Origin: Rhodosorus marinus CCMP1338
Lineage: Eukaryota; Plantae; Rhodophyta
Direction: 5' to 3'
Length of the DNA stretch: 64,000 nt
Assembly: GCA_029953675.1 (NCBI GenBank)
Contig: JAMWBK010000005.1
Coordinates: 1,922,001 to 1,986,000, forward strand
Part shown: positions 1-13,997 of the stretch, piece after piece
Numbering within the stretch: the first letter of the stretch is position 1
Layout: each line of letters begins with the position of its first letter
Position numbers and translations under genes: made by a program
Notes under the pieces: generated by a model
The model's input: only the letters and a program-made list of their open reading frames with translations
Told to the model about the DNA's origin: nothing
Database searches by the model: none

Positions 1-885
1 GCCAGCTCAGCGTAGCGTCCCAGCTGGTCACTCGGGGCAGGTTCTCTGAGATACGCTCTGTCTGTGCGCTTACTCCGTCAGAGAAGGAATCATGAGCGAA
101 GTGGACTTCTAAAAAAAACACCAGAAACGCGTCTCAACAACCCAACCCCGGGTTGGATTTTCTCGTCTTTGATGAAACCCCCTTCCAGATCCGACGTTTC
201 TCTGCCGAAAGACATAATTCTAAGATAGCGACAAGATGGCAAGAGAAGACATCCACCTAGCTGATAAATGTTTTCGTTTTAACCTATGGACTTGACATAC
301 CCATGATAGGACCGATCCCTTACGAAAGTCATCTGGTCGGTACTCTCTGAGCCGGATAGGCCGGAATGTCAAGATGCTCCCTCCTGGGATGAAAAACGAA
401 AAAGCACTGATCCGCTTGGATCGGATTTGCACTGGCGTATAGTGTAAGAGGCCTCCGAATTTGCGGGAGAAGTGCATCCTCTGTCGTTGGTTCGACGGTA
501 GTGTGAGAATCGACCTTTCCATCGCTTCTCAAGAGTTGGCCTCGAAGGGAACGCAGTGAGTCTTTCCGTGACCGTAAAGAATGGCCCATGGAAATCTATG
601 AACCAAGAGCTGGTCATGGATGTTGCAGTCGTGATTTACGGACCCTTTTTTTGCGTGAACGGCTGAACGCTCAGGACCTGACCCCGGCTAGTTCAAGGCG
701 CTCCGCTGATAGTTTGGTCCGATGTGGGAGTGCCACAAGGCCTCAGCGGGTATCTGTGTCTATGTAAAAAAGAACAGTATTATTTATTATGCAAGATCTG
801 AGTTATAATTAGAATCCACGACAGCCGTGAAGATGATACAAACAAAAGTTCGAGACCTAGATAAATTCGTTGCGCCAGGTCTATC

Positions 886-1437
886 CTAGCCACTAGAGAT
901 ATACGTCTGCACGAGAAACGCCGGACCGAGCTTTTTGTGGTCTGTCACGTATCGCACTCTGTCTATTTGGCAGTAGGCGAAGAGGCTATTCTGCGGAACA
1001 GATACTAGCTCCAAGAGGCTATCGATCATTTCGTTCACTCGGGTGCCAACAACATGCGGCTCTTCGTTCATAAAGACGAGTTGAGGTTTGGAAATAATCA
1101 TGGGCAGCAAATCTAATTCCGCAACCACCAACGTAAACGAGCTCAAACTGCGCAATATTTTCATCTTGGCTTTCAAGGTTGCGACCAGATCATCTACTGT
1201 TTTGGAGGACGCCACAATGTCCGTCATCCTCCACAATTTGAACTGCTTCATTCCACCATGTTGTCTGTCCTCACTCCTCAACGTCAAAAACAGCTCATCT
1301 ACAGACTCCTCTCCAGCAGCCAACACATTGCTCCCTGATATCGCCTTTTGCGCCCAAGCCGCTGTCCTCCTCGAGCCAGTGCCATCGCTTTCTGCATCGG
1401 ATCGTTTTCGGGTAAAAGATGACATTATCGTGCTCAT
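886..1437 (-). CDS. Uncharacterised protein of about 180 aa (3' end may be spliced further)
   Basis: Open frame from ATG 1437 (MSTIMSSFTRKRSD...) to the stop at 886 with globular-protein composition. It is preceded by the same sense-strand G/T-rich 5' tract seen upstream of other genes here. No family recognised. Confidence 0.5.
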   Translation of the reverse strand: MSTIMSSFTRKRSDAESDGTGSRRTAAWAQKAISGSNVLAAGEESVDELFLTLRSEDRQHGGMKQFKLWRMTDIVASSKTVDDLVATLKAKMKILRSLSSFTLVVAELDLLPMIISKPQLVFMNEEPHVVGTRVNEMIDSLLELVSVPQNSLFAYCQIDRVRYVTDHKKLGPAFLVQTYISSG

Positions 1438-2957
1438 GTTTTTTTTAAAACAAACCCTCCCGTCAACCCCAAGACTAAACACTGAACACTCAACGCATGC
1501 CCCTCCGTTGCCCAAACCACAATCCAGAACAACCCAAAACCCCTTCCTCCTCCTTCACAGACCGAACAACCCTTCAAACCCTCCTCCTCAGAAACCAAAA
1601 CCACATAATAATTTGTTCCTTCCTCCTAGTTGCACAAACTCATCCCCTGTCTACCCAACCCCTCCCCCCTTAACTGACTCCAAAGCATCCCCAACAAGTA
1701 CCCCAGTTCACCCCAACCCAACTCCCCCATCCCACGCCTGTTGAATCCATACCAATACATCCAACCAACCCCTCTGTAACCATTTCAATTCCCAACTTCT
1801 ATTTTTTCTAACATTGTCTCTCCCCCCCTTACTCCCAATTTAAAGAAAATCTTCCACCATCCATATTAGAATTCCATTTTTTTACAAACCGCTCTAAATA
1901 TATCCCCTTTTAAAATAATAATAATACTACATATTACAAACTTTGTTTTCAAGCCTTCTTTTACCCCTCACCTTCACCCTCCACCCGATACCCCTTCAAC
2001 GGGTAACAAGAACGCAAACAAATGGGTGGCGGACTAGGTCAAGAAGAGAGGGGGGGGGAAGACGGGAATACAGAACCCATTACATCCTACGTACAATTTT
2101 TTGATTGTTTTTTGCCCATTTGTTTTTAATATCTAACAAAAAGGTGGCGACAAGAAAGCAAACATTGGGAGAGAACTTACCTTTACAATTTCTTCTATAT
2201 TCTAATTATGTGAATACAGTCGCGTGATCGACGCGGATTGATGGCTAGCTCACGTTAGTTGCGGAGATTATAGTTTTCTATTAAAAATGGTGGAGGATAT
2301 GATCAGTTGATTTTTGTTAAAAAATGGAAGCAAGAATTTGACAGGCTGTCCTATTGTTTTACTGTTTCTTGTGATAAAATGTGTGGTAGTTGGTGATGAT
2401 GGATTATGATTGTTTTTCGGACTACAGACAGTGCTTCCTTTTTTTTTGGACGTCGGGCCGGAGTGCGAAGGACGGTCTGAGAGGGAAGAAAGGAATTTTT
2501 GCTGGCGGTGCAACTTGCTGAAGGTTTGTTGAAGGGGTGCTTTCGTGGATAGGTTCCCTTTCATACTTCCAGCCCAGCTTGATTTATGGCGATCGTGGCA
2601 CTTTTTTTCTTAGATTGCTTGTACCTTGGTAGCCGTAGCGTGCCCCTCCTCCTGGCACAAAGAATCGTCACCAGTGGGAGATCCGCATGGCTCGGATGTG
2701 AGTTTGGATAGCGCAGGAAAGGTAGCCTACCTAAAACCCGACCCAACGCAATGAATATCGGACGGAGGTTGAAGTGGAGAGTTGGCGCGAAACTACTACC
2801 TTTTTGCATATACTTCCTCAATGGGTTCCTTTACAATTCTTTGGTAGGGCCAGTTAAAATAGTATGGATCATATTAACAAGTCACTACTTGGCCCCTGAT
2901 CAACTCGAACTTTGCACAATAAACGACGACGGGTTGGCTTTCCGACCACACCCGCAG

Positions 2958-4814
2958 TCAACCCATCTTTCTTGAGACGGTCTTCTCGAAGCTGAGGAGC
3001 GATGAAGTCCAATTCTCAAGAGCCTTGATGCTCGCTTCCGAGTCATCCTCTTCTTGTAGTTCCAGAGTCCTCTGAATCTTAAACGCCAGAAGAAACAAGA
3101 GAAATCAAGGAAGTCAGAGGTCCAATTCGAATCGATTCCGAGTCTTTCCAGAGTGTTGCGCCATTACCTGGTCGATGTATCCATTGATCTTCCCGTCCAA
3201 GATAAGTTTAACTAAGAGAGTCTCAATCTCTGCTTCGGGGATGCTGAGCTTTTTTGCCACGATTGGGATGGAAACTCTGGAGTAGGACTGGACAAATCTC
3301 AGCAGCCCTCCGCTTCTGGCCTGAGTGAGTAGCTGTTGAATGTGAGCCACTATGAACGCATCCTTTGTCATGGATTCCTGGTTTTCCGCCAAAATCCTCT
3401 CGAGTTCGTTGACCTCCTGCGGGATATGGAGGAGTTGTGTTGTTTTGTTAAATCAAAGCTTCCATTATGACTAGTGCTGCCTTGATCAACTTGCTTGCAT
3501 GTCGCACCTTGTTTCTGTAAGCCTCGTTTAGCGATGTCATAGCGACAATCTCCGGATTGTCCGTGTAGGGCTTCGCTTCTGGATTATCAAAGGGGTTTAT
3601 GGGAGAGTCGGACAGCATGTTTGCGAGGACCAGGTATTTAAGACACTGAATGCGTCTCGGGTTCCCGGCTTCATCATAGTTCTTGAATGCTTCGTAAAAG
3701 TCAGTAAGGGCGTCCTGCTCCTTTCCTTCTGTCATGTGCATCTTTCCCCCACATTCACGAATGACACCCATAATTCTAGGGTGGGGAATGGCCGATTTGA
3801 CCTACAGGAAGACGCGCAAGCATGGTGTCAATTCCATGTAGTTGACCTCGTCGATACGACGCCAGAGCTGCTCTCACCTGCAGTGCCTTCTCATAGAGCT
3901 CCTTCAGTTTTTTTGTGTTCTTAGTCTCGGTATGCATCTGAATCTCAAGCGCGTAGATCTCCAGCAGCTGCGTGCCTGATTGATTGCAAACTCGTATTAG
4001 CCCTGAACGACCTCGGCGAAGGAGCGCGGTCATTTACTTACCTTTCTTTAGATCGTCAGATCCATCCTCTTTCTGGCAGCTCTTATGAAGTTCTTTCAGT
4101 ACTTTTTCCAGTTTCGCGTTGCCCCTGCCGAACACTTTCATATCGAACCACAGCTTTCCTAGTTTTAGCTTCGTATTGAACCTGCGCGGTATTGCAAACA
4201 TGTAGGCGCAGAACGTCGCGTTCAATCTACCCGTCTCCAGAACGCCCTAGACTCCTTGCGAACCCAACACAGAGCTTTTGTTGTATCTCACCACAATCTT
4301 TCATTCCTAGCTTCCTTCAGGACTTCCAAAGTCATCTCATAAAATTTTTCAAGATGCGAAAGCTCCTGAGACTGCGAGACATACTCAAGAATCGAGTTTA
4401 TCTTCTTCTCTGAATAGTTTCTCGTAACTGCAGACTTGACGTAAGTTAGCATATCCTTGTACCGCTTTAGCATCTCATCATACTGTCCTTTCCGGAACAA
4501 GATCTTCACAATCTGTTTCAGCGCCTTGAAGCCTAACGACAAAAGGATCGGTAATGAAACATTGCAACTAGACTCAGCATCAATGAGCAGTAGCAGGAAG
4601 CAACGCATCTATTCAACTGTGAAGCAAAGTTCAACTCACCCCATTGACCCTGCTCCTGCTCCATCTCTATCACCGCATCCATCTCCTTCAGAGTCAAGTC
4701 AGGATCGGATTCAATACTCCTCTTCGCTTCATAGTATTTGTTCTCAATCTCAACATCCTCCGCTTCTTCTTCATCCTCGGAATACTCAAACCCATAATCC
4801 TCCTCATCAGACAT
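2958..4814 (-). CDS. CSN2: COP9 signalosome subunit 2 (PCI domain), multi-exon
   Basis: Diagnostic segments: [17 protein letters not shown]...[96 protein letters not shown], and PCI helix [17 protein letters not shown]...[13 protein letters not shown]. Last exon ends [21 protein letters not shown] at 2958. Confidence 0.95.
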
Positions 4815-5783
4815 TGTCAAAACCACCTTCTTCCTCAAAAAAAACAACCAAAGAAGCAATACCAGCTGAAACAAGCACTGGAGGAAAACTGAGGACAGGT
4901 TCGTTTACAAATCTCCGCTCCCTCCCCGCTCTCCTTTGCCTCTAGTCAATCCAAACCTCAAGAGGCACAGAATGCTACTTCTAATGGAACATCATCTCTT
5001 TAGTAGTAGAACCGCATGAACAAGACAATCGCTCTCAAAGGGAAGAGTGAATCCGATAGAGGGAAAGCTGAAACTGCCCAGCGTCCAGGATTACGATTCT
5101 GATTATCAGCTACCGAAGACAAGTTCAGCTGTTTGCTTGCCCAGTACGCCAGGCGATTTCTTGAGCAGTATTTTGTTGGGTCGAGGTCGAGAAATGCCAG
5201 CCAACAAATGTCGAGATCGCTCGAGGATCGGCTTTGTGCCCTTCCGCGCTGGGCACGGGTAACGACTGGAGCTCCGCATGAGTACGACGTATCCATATAT
5301 CGGTGTCTCGTTGTGATCCTTGCATCGCCGATCGTTTTGCATACAGTCGGAGCTCTATCTGCCGTGCGTACTTTCCGTGCTTGTAGTTTAATATTTAGGT
5401 CCGCAATGAGACCTATGATGCCGGGTGACCAAGCGTACAACTACTTCTCGGTCTATCTTCGGTGAGTTACACCGCTGTCCCTCTACACTCGTCTACGTAA
5501 TGGGTTGGTCACCAGGCCTGAGCAAGCCTAACGTCGTCGCCGGCAGAATCCTCACCACTCGGTACTGCGGATTGCTTCGGCTAGTAACCTTCCATGCAAC
5601 GATGTGAAGTACGAGACAAGCTCAACTGGAAGCACATTTTTGTGTTATTGTTTTTAAGTTTTCTTGCAATCTCTACGAAGGTCAGCGGCTTTATACGACG
5701 CTGCTATGACATCTTAAAGTTAGGTTATCAGCCGTGTACTGGAAAGTTGTAATATTAGTAAAATCCACGGATACACAAAGGTC

Positions 5784-7694
5784 TCAGGCGCTCACTGTTG
5801 ATGGTGAGCTGAGGCTCGAGCAGTCACTCCCGTTCATCTCAGCGTCATGCCCTTGTGCGGAAATAGTTTGCTCGCAGTACTCTTTCAACCTGTCGCAAGC
5901 CTAGGGTACAAACAGCGCGAAACTCTCCCGTGAGCTCTTGACGCTTCGCTGGCGTTGCAAAGCCTGCTGTTCACAGAGCCTTCATTCACTCACCTCCATA
6001 AGAACCTCCCTAGGGGCTGAGAACGTTATTCGAACATATCCTGGAACACCGAAAACTGTTCCTGGTAAAACTATTATCCGCTGTCGGTCGAAGCAGCTGC
6101 AGGGGACGGTGGGGGGGACGGAGAAATACGAACCGAAAAGTAAGAATAACGGGCACAAGGGAGCAAGGGATCTGCTCTTTGCTGATAAACTTACTCCCGT
6201 GCGAAAGTGAGATCGTCCGCGTTAACTCCACGGACATTGACCAGCATGAACATGGAGCCTTGTGGACGGACAGCTTTTATTCCTGGGATTAACTTCAGTC
6301 GTTCATATACGAAGCTCGCATTGTCCTCCAATATTCCAACAACACCTGCTCAAAACGAACGGCACAAGTCGTATCAGCAGGACAAAGTGGTTGACCATAA
6401 AGGGAGTTCTGGGCCCGAACACATTTGCCGCAGTCAAGCAGCATTTGCTTACCTTGAAACCATGGTTCATCCACATTCGCCAAGATTTTCGGGAGCGCAG
6501 TTTGTACAATAGAGTTAGGCCCTACAATCAAAGTAGCGAGACGTTCCAGGCCCATTCGGACCTTCTTCAAAGCATTATCCACATCGTGGATAACCAGCCA
6601 TCCGAGTCGCCAGCCAGGTACCAGATACTTCTTCGAAATTCCACCAACCGAGATTATCGGTGTCTTTACCCTCAGCGAGCCCATCAACGGACTGTCGAGT
6701 CCAGCGAAACAAAATCCGTTGTAAATTTCATCTGCAATAATCGGAACTTGTCGCTTTCTACATATTGACGCAATCTCTTCGAGATGTGTTTCGCTGTAGA
6801 CAGAGCCTGTTTCCAAAGCGGCCAGACAGTCAGACACGTGAGAAATCGGAGAAGCGGAAAACAAGATCACAATGGTAGCATGGTCGAACCGCAAGGATTT
6901 GAAGGATTGTTTATCAAGACAGCAGCTGTTCTGCTATCGATGAGACCATCCAGAGCAGCTAGATCGACCTCCCAATCTCTGTCCGGGTCGAGCGGATATT
7001 CTCGAATCTCAACTCCGACATGCTCTAGAGTGGTTTGAGAAAGAGCAATTAGAAATAAGCGCGGAAGCAGAGCAGCAGAAATGTGGGTGGGGCCAACTGC
7101 ATACCAGCAATGGTATTGTACAATGGAAAGCCCGGCCGGGGTACCAGTACGTTCTGGTTCCGACTGGGATCTACGAGAGCAGTTATTGTCATTTGCAATG
7201 CATGTGAACACCCGCTAGTTAAGATGACATCGTCAGGTTCTACATGAACATCTTTCTTCGGGTCTGAGTACAACCTTGCTACCGCTTCTCTGGCGGTTCT
7301 GAGGCCCTACAGATTTCAACAAATGATCGAATTTCCTGGGGTGAGGCTTTGCTCACATTGTCTAGCTCTGAGGGGTAATGCTAATGCTCACTGTTGATGG
7401 GGCGTAGCCATTCGACATTCCGGACATAACTGCGTCTGCAACAGCTCTCGTCGCTTTCTCGCTGACGACAAGGTTGCCGTGAGTTGTAGGGTCTCCGATA
7501 GACAGGGATATAACTGCCTTTCCTTCGTCATTGCTGGTTTTCGAGGAGGTTAGGGTCTCAAATATCTCACGAATCTTGTTGGAAGTCCTCATCGCCGACA
7601 GAGCAGGAACCACTTCCCTGAACTCGACATCTTCAATAACCTCCCCGGCATTCACATCCAAGTCGTCCAACGTCGCATACATGTCGGACGCCAT
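5784..7694 (-). CDS. TAT: Tyrosine aminotransferase family (PLP-dependent class I/II), multi-exon
   Basis: Motifs ISLSIGDPT, NGYAPST, DVILTSGCSHAL, VLVPRPGFPLY, INNPSNPCGS, IIADEIY, the PLP-lysine motif GGISKKYLVPGWRLGW and LPGTVFGVPGYVRITF. ATG at 7694, TGA at 5784. Confidence 0.92.
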
Positions 7695-10600
7695 CGCTGG
7701 TGCTGGTCCAGTGAACTCCTTACACCTCATCAACCGCGAGAAAACCAACACTCTCACACCTCCTCGCCCTACAAAACCCTCATTTCCTCCGGCAACTCAC
7801 AAGATCTCCCAGCACATCAGCGTACTAGCCCTATCCAAACCCTTTTATCACTGGTTTCTGACATTTACTTCCCCAAGAAAATACAATTACCACTAACTTA
7901 CTTCCTCCCCTTACCCTCTCTCCTTCCACTTGAAAAACTAAAACTTTTCCTCTCCAGGTTGCCAACCGCCATCCACTCCAGCCATTCACATCCACATCCA
8001 TAGCAATACGCGAGCAATGGCCCGCCAATCACCCTCCAATCAAAACCTATTTCTTTTAACCCCCCTCTTTACCACGCGCAAATTCTTTTTTGCGTTTCAA
8101 TTCAACCCCTTCCAAAACTCATATATTGATCCCTTTTATTTCAACAATACGATATAATGACATTTATTTGAAGGGGGAAGATATCTCCACCGATGTGTTG
8201 AATGGTACGTTCAAAAACAAGTATAAGGGGGGGGATGACTCCTGCAGGAGAGGTTGGATTTTGCAAAAGCACGTGAGTTGAATTCGCTTATAATTTCAAA
8301 ATTACCAATCAAGTTAAAATTTGGAATTACCACCTGAAAATGGACAATTTATTCTGATAAACAGGAATTTGGATGGAAGTATTTTGATTGGTATCAGTCA
8401 TTGATGGCGATGGCAGGCGTGAACGGCAATTGATCGTCTATTTAGTATGTTTATTTTTGTTATTTTGTTTGTTTATAGGTTATACTCTCTTGTATTGGGA
8501 AATTGACTCCGCCCGATTCGGTTGTGGTGCGGTTTTGGACCATCGGCACGTGGACTGGAACGAGCATTCTGTAAGAAAGTCAGGTGGAAGATCCGGGCCC
8601 TCTTGAGTGGAAGCGCTTGCAGGAATCTACATGAGATATCATCTAAACCATTTCATGCTTAAAGCGGGGCATGACGGACTCCCCCTTCCAAGCGCTCAGG
8701 ATTTTTGGTAGAGAGTACCAAGGGCCGGACCTACTAGTCTTCGTTTTCGCTTTCTGGACAGAGTTTTCGCTGAGCCTTCTTTACGGAGCAGAGCTGGCGA
8801 AGCTTTCCGCAAACTGCTTCCAATACCGAAACTTTTTGATAGCTCCATATGCGTGTGCTGCTTTTTTTCTTCTTGCCGTTTTGACGTTGAAGATGAGCGG
8901 CATCCTGAAAGCTACTCCTTGGAATCTAGAACTTTGGTCAAATGTGGCGGGATGCCATCGGCGAATCTATGAACACCTTGATTCACAGGAAGTTTGAAGA
9001 TATAAAACGGCCACGCAGAAGCTTTAAAAGTTTTCGATTTCGACTCCTTTGCAGAGGGTTCACAGCAAGTACGAAGTACCAGGTTTGCTCACCTGGAACC
9101 CGCACAAGTGCATACTCTCCTATCTTACATGCAATACAAAAATCCCATTCGTGGGACGTACATCGGCACTCGCAGACCACTCTCCTCAGTCGATCCTCCG
9201 CTTTGTCCTCTGCCTTGGCCTGTCGAGCGGAATGCGCCGTGTCTTCTTCGTGGTTGAATAGTGGAATCCGGCTACTTTGGTACCCGCCCCCTGGTCCTGT
9301 GCGGCAGTGCATCACCCGTACTCGCCGCCGCACGCGTATAAACCGGCTTTTATTTTGATATCTACGGTCGCAGGCGCATGGTACGGATCGCGAGGTGCAC
9401 TACTAGGTCCTTTTGCCTGTAGCTCAGGCGCTATATGCTGATGATGAGACACCTGTTGCCCAGCGCGTCGCGGATTTGGTAGTCACTGACCTGGCTGCTC
9501 GCCGGAGTGAGGATCTTGACATGTCTATTCCTTGGCTCCAGGCTACGCGATATCTTACCACGTCTGCACAACGTCGGTGCTGCCGCTGGTTCAATGCGAC
9601 GACCGTGAAGGAGTCTCAGCACGCTGAGGCGATGACTCATCCAACCTTTCGGGACTCGGCGCTGTCTCATCAGTTTGTACCGCTGATCATCGAATGCTTT
9701 GGTTTTTTAGACAGGGTTGCTTCTCGCTGGCTTCGTCGTGTTTTTCGGAATGCCCCCGGTCGTCTTGACAGCCTCCTCATTGAGATGCTCTGACTCTCTG
9801 CCGTTCGAATGCTGCATGTTGCTGGACGCGCGTTCTCAGCGTCTCCCTTTCCGAAGCTAGATAGGATCTGAATAATCTGTTGTTTTTGACATGATGTAAT
9901 GACCAGTCTGGAATTAATTCCTATAGTGTGACTATGACTTCGGTCAAAAATGCCGAACTGCGCCTGATTTGTTTTATGACTCCCTGCGAAAGTATGAGTT
10001 GTACCGAGACTACCTCGAGCGAGTCTTCTCGAAAACATGTGACACGAGATGATGATCCTACAGTTTTACTAGCATGTTTAGAGGCCTTGCGGGATCTAGT
10101 CAATGCTATGGAAATAGAGCTGTCGAAGCCCTTCGTAGATCTGGTATGACGATGCGGTATGGCAACCTGACCGCGCCAAAATCCGGATCGGAAAATAACA
10201 GTTCCATTCAAGCACAAAACCCACCCCTATCACACTTGTTTTGGCGTAGCTGCGATGCAGTATAGGACAGTACGGTTTCAAATTGTCAGTACCCTGGGAA
10301 CTGGTGCCCGCCTATCCGACCGTAACTGAAGCTCTGCAGCTAGACCAGAAATCATGGCAGCGCATCATGGTAAACCTAATCAATCAAAATAATCTTTAAA
10401 GACTGAGCTGCGTGTGTATTTCAATGGTGATTATCCATCAACTTCAGCACACGTGCTATTTCTTGAATGGCCAAACGTGTGTTAGAGGACACTTGTCCTT
10501 TTCTCAATGCTTAAATTTAAAGACACGTGGGAGATTCTTAGATCACCGTTTATGAAAGCTGGGGCTAGCGGAAAACCCAGATTTTCGTGTGCAATCGGAA

Positions 10601-11223
10601 GAAATTTGAGCGAGCGTGAGACAACTCTACTTAGGGTCTAACCCCCCCTTTCCCCAAACGCAACTTTCCTGTATATGTTGCTAAATCACAAACTTTTAGA
10701 TTGCCCAATGCGAAATTCAAGTTCATGCATTCTCCCCCCTCTTTTTCCAACCTGTAGAAATGAGAAGCACAGACGACCTCAAACCCTCGAAACTGGACGA
10801 GGGCCTCATTCAACACTTCAGGTTTTCAAATTTACGTAATTTTTAGACCGGAATTCTCCTTTCCGCGGACGGTACCTGAAGATCATATGATATGATTTTC
10901 GCTTTTTTCTCGGTCACCATTAAGGGACAAACTAGTATTATATGTAAAAATCTTTTTTTTTGCGGTGCGGATGATGGGAGGTTTGCTTCCTCAGAGCTTC
11001 TTCGTTTTTGATTTACTTTTTAAACCTTTTTTCCATTTTAAAGGTCGTGGAGAAAGGGGTGGTTTGTACAACGCGGGAGACCGAGGGCGGGCGAGAAGTC
11101 GGTGCGAAGACATAAGCGTCGGTTTGCGAGGTGGGGTGTAAGTGAGACGGAGGCTGGGCGTTGTGACTGAGATCGTTTTCTGGACAGTGTACTTTAGGTG
11201 GGTTTCTAAACGCAAGCAGAAGT

Positions 11224-11779
11224 ATGGCGTTCGTCGGGCCAGTGGGAGGATTGTTGTCCAAGGGCCGAGCGGATCGGCGCGTGGTAAGGTCACTCGGAGG
11301 AGGGAGTCAAAATAGCCCGCTCAATCCGGGAGCTGGGTCTTCAACAGTTTTGGAAAGACCTACTCAGACGCAGAAGGCGAAAATCGATCCTGGAAAGAGA
11401 TACAAAGTGATCGTGTTCGGCGAGAACGGACAGACGAGGTAGGACTCAAACTCTATTACTTTCTTTCGCTCTCGTATTTACTGCCCCGTGCGATCAAAGC
11501 GTGCGCAGCTTGAAAGATACGATTTCGAGCAGGCAGTTCCTGACAATTGTGGCTGGATAAGCTGGTTCTAACTGTTTGCTTTCTCTGCACAGGGACTTCA
11601 TTGCACAAGTACTGATGAAATGCTTACCGGGAATGCGGGAAGAGACGGCGAGGGAGATTGCTGACAAAGCGAAAAAGGCAGGGAAGGCAGTGGTTGGTGC
11701 GTGGATTTTCGAAATGGCCGAAGCGTATTGCGACTCGCTGAGAAGTTCTGGCTTGGTTGCGGATATTCAGCTGGAGTGA
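11224..11779 (+). CDS. clpS: Plastid-targeted ClpS-like adaptor with a non-canonical pocket, 2 exons (intron 11439-11592)
   Basis: MAFV transit-peptide start, then STVLERP...YKVIVFGENGQTR|DFIAQVLMKCLPGM...AVVGAWIFEMAEAYCDSLRSSGLVADIQLE, collinear with plant/cyanobacterial ClpS1. Confidence 0.8.
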
Positions 11780-13997
11780 AGTTTGCTAATCAGCGAAGAC
11801 GCTGAGAACGGGTTCTAACTATGAAGCCTGGGGAGGGGTTCTGAGAAGCAAGCCGTTTTCTACCCAGCACAGTGCCTGTTTTTGGGGGACGAACAGTTTA
11901 AAGACCTGTACATAAACACTTGCGCTGCGAGCATCAAAGAAGATTGAGGTTGAACAAGCTCGTCGAGCGTGTACTTTAGGGAGTAGCGGGGAGAGCAGCG
12001 AGAATCATTAAATACTTGTCGAAACAGTTTTGTTTCGCAATAGTACGTATTTATTACAAGCGTGAAGGGCATGGACGCTCACAACGATGCATTTCGAAAC
12101 TTGAACCACTCCTTGGCGTGAAAGCTGAATTCTTTAAGGTTTGGACGCGTCCCGTTTTCGGAGTGCCTGTGCGTCCAGTGCGTAGATCTGGTTTTTCTCC
12201 GAGCTCTGCTTCCGGACTCTGTTGCACTTCTATGACGTCTGGGAAACAAGAAATACACGTACCAGAGGCCATGAAGGCAGCTGGGACTAAATTTAATAGC
12301 ACTGCATTTCATGTTAAACCTGAACTCACACACAACACGTCCCACTTTAGAGCCTAGGATGAGTCCTGGGCCACAGATTCTCGAGCCTGGCCCGGTTCAA
12401 TGATTTGTAAGGTCTGGTTCCTACTGACAGTCTGGCCGTCTGTTTCGTGGTAGTGGGCTGTTGACATGTAACGATCTACTCCCATAAATCGCAACACATG
12501 ACGACTGACTGAAACCGGGCAGTAGCAGTCCGATCTAGATCGGTGAGCACGCTGTGGGAAATCCAAACAGAGACAGAACAGGCTTGACCACCATTTCTGC
12601 AGGGAACAGCTTCCGACTTTTACAGATCGGTTTAATCCGAGGATAAGTCCCTTAATGAGATAGGCTGGGAAGGGCGCAGAGAGCGCACCTCCAGAAGTAA
12701 ACAGCGTTACACCGGCAGAGAGTCAGACTCAGAGGAGCATACAGACGAAAAAGAGCATCAGGCGGTCACGGTAACGCTCACGCAACCAAGCACCCCCAGT
12801 ACTATCTGAAAACTGATCTAAAAGCTATGTGAAACCATCAAAAAGTTTCAGTATTGGAGGCAATTTGAAGAAACCGGAGCAACCATCTTCGGAGGACATC
12901 GTTTGAAAACTATTTGTGAAGGAAGCACCGACCGAGGGGCGACTATCTTCAAGGGTTACTATCTTCCGCGTTTGGAGGAAGATCCCGTCTTCAGTCAGTC
13001 GACCAACCACCACAAGGATAGAATTACAGCCCTACGCACTCGGACATGTAGTGATGGAGTCCATGGTCCAGTCCAATGTAGCCGACACGCGAAGTCGCGA
13101 TGTGCAACGGACGCTGCGCCCCACCACCAGTACAGATTGGAGTGACAGGTACAGAAGGTATCCCAAGTTCGGCTTCGATAGTCATCGCGCCGAACGCCTC
13201 AACATTCACAAGACACTCCCACCAACTTGTTGCCCGAGTTTCCGACGAACCCCTGGCAGTCGAGTTTCACCAGCCGAGTTCATTGCAAAGACCGTATATT
13301 TCACGGATCTATATACGTCATATCTATTTCTGACTTTTTATGGACAAAATATATCGTATAAAACAGATCAAGACTATATAAACCGTTCAAATAAATATCT
13401 CACAAGAGAAATATTGTCTTGAGAAATTTTATGGACGGATATTTCTAGTTCAGGTTATAAAAGCAAAACAATTATAAACCGTTAACTGCTTGGAGCGGAG
13501 GATGAAGGTGACGGATAGAAGGACGTTTGGTGTTTTAAGGGTTTCTGTGGTCGTCAGGAGGGGTTGGGTTTGTTCTTTTTTGTGTTAGGAAGGTGAAGCT
13601 TTGTTTTCTTTTTCTTTTTCCTTTTTCGGGCCGGTAGAAGAGATGGAGAAGTACAATTTCATTTTTTAACTCTTAAGAGCGGAGGTTTGTGATGAAATAG
13701 CTTTTTGTGATCTGGGAAGGGGAGATGGTGGTGGGGATGAGGAGGGGATTTGCGGAAGGGAAAAAATGAAGGAATGAGGGAAATTTTCCCTTTAGTCTTT
13801 CCATAGAAGGGGGAGGAATCAGAACAAACCGAATATGCCACGAATTCGCTAGGTTGTGTTTTTAGACGAGGAGTGTTAGGTTTGGAGGTTTGGACGTGGG
13901 TGGGTAGAGATTTTTTTGTTTTTGAGGACGAGGTGATTTCGTGATCTTTTGAGAAGCATTAAGGTCTCTTCTAGGAGACGATTCGGGAGATCAGATC

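Noticed and set aside
290-370. LREYRPDDFRKG resembling a GNAT/GNA1 N-terminus
   Set aside because: No downstream acetyl-CoA-binding motif could be assembled.
1088-1744. 218-aa plus-strand ORF and similar P/T/K-rich ORFs (21816-22193, 48915-49532, 52885-53473, 55672-56221)
   Set aside because: They are antisense to real genes or run through strand-skewed low-complexity tracts that are depleted of stop codons.
13330-13490. Degenerate repeats (tttatggac x2, tataaaccgtt x2) and a small hairpin in an AT-rich core, considered as a MITE
   Set aside because: No terminal inverted repeats or target-site duplication; compatible with chance in AT-rich DNA.
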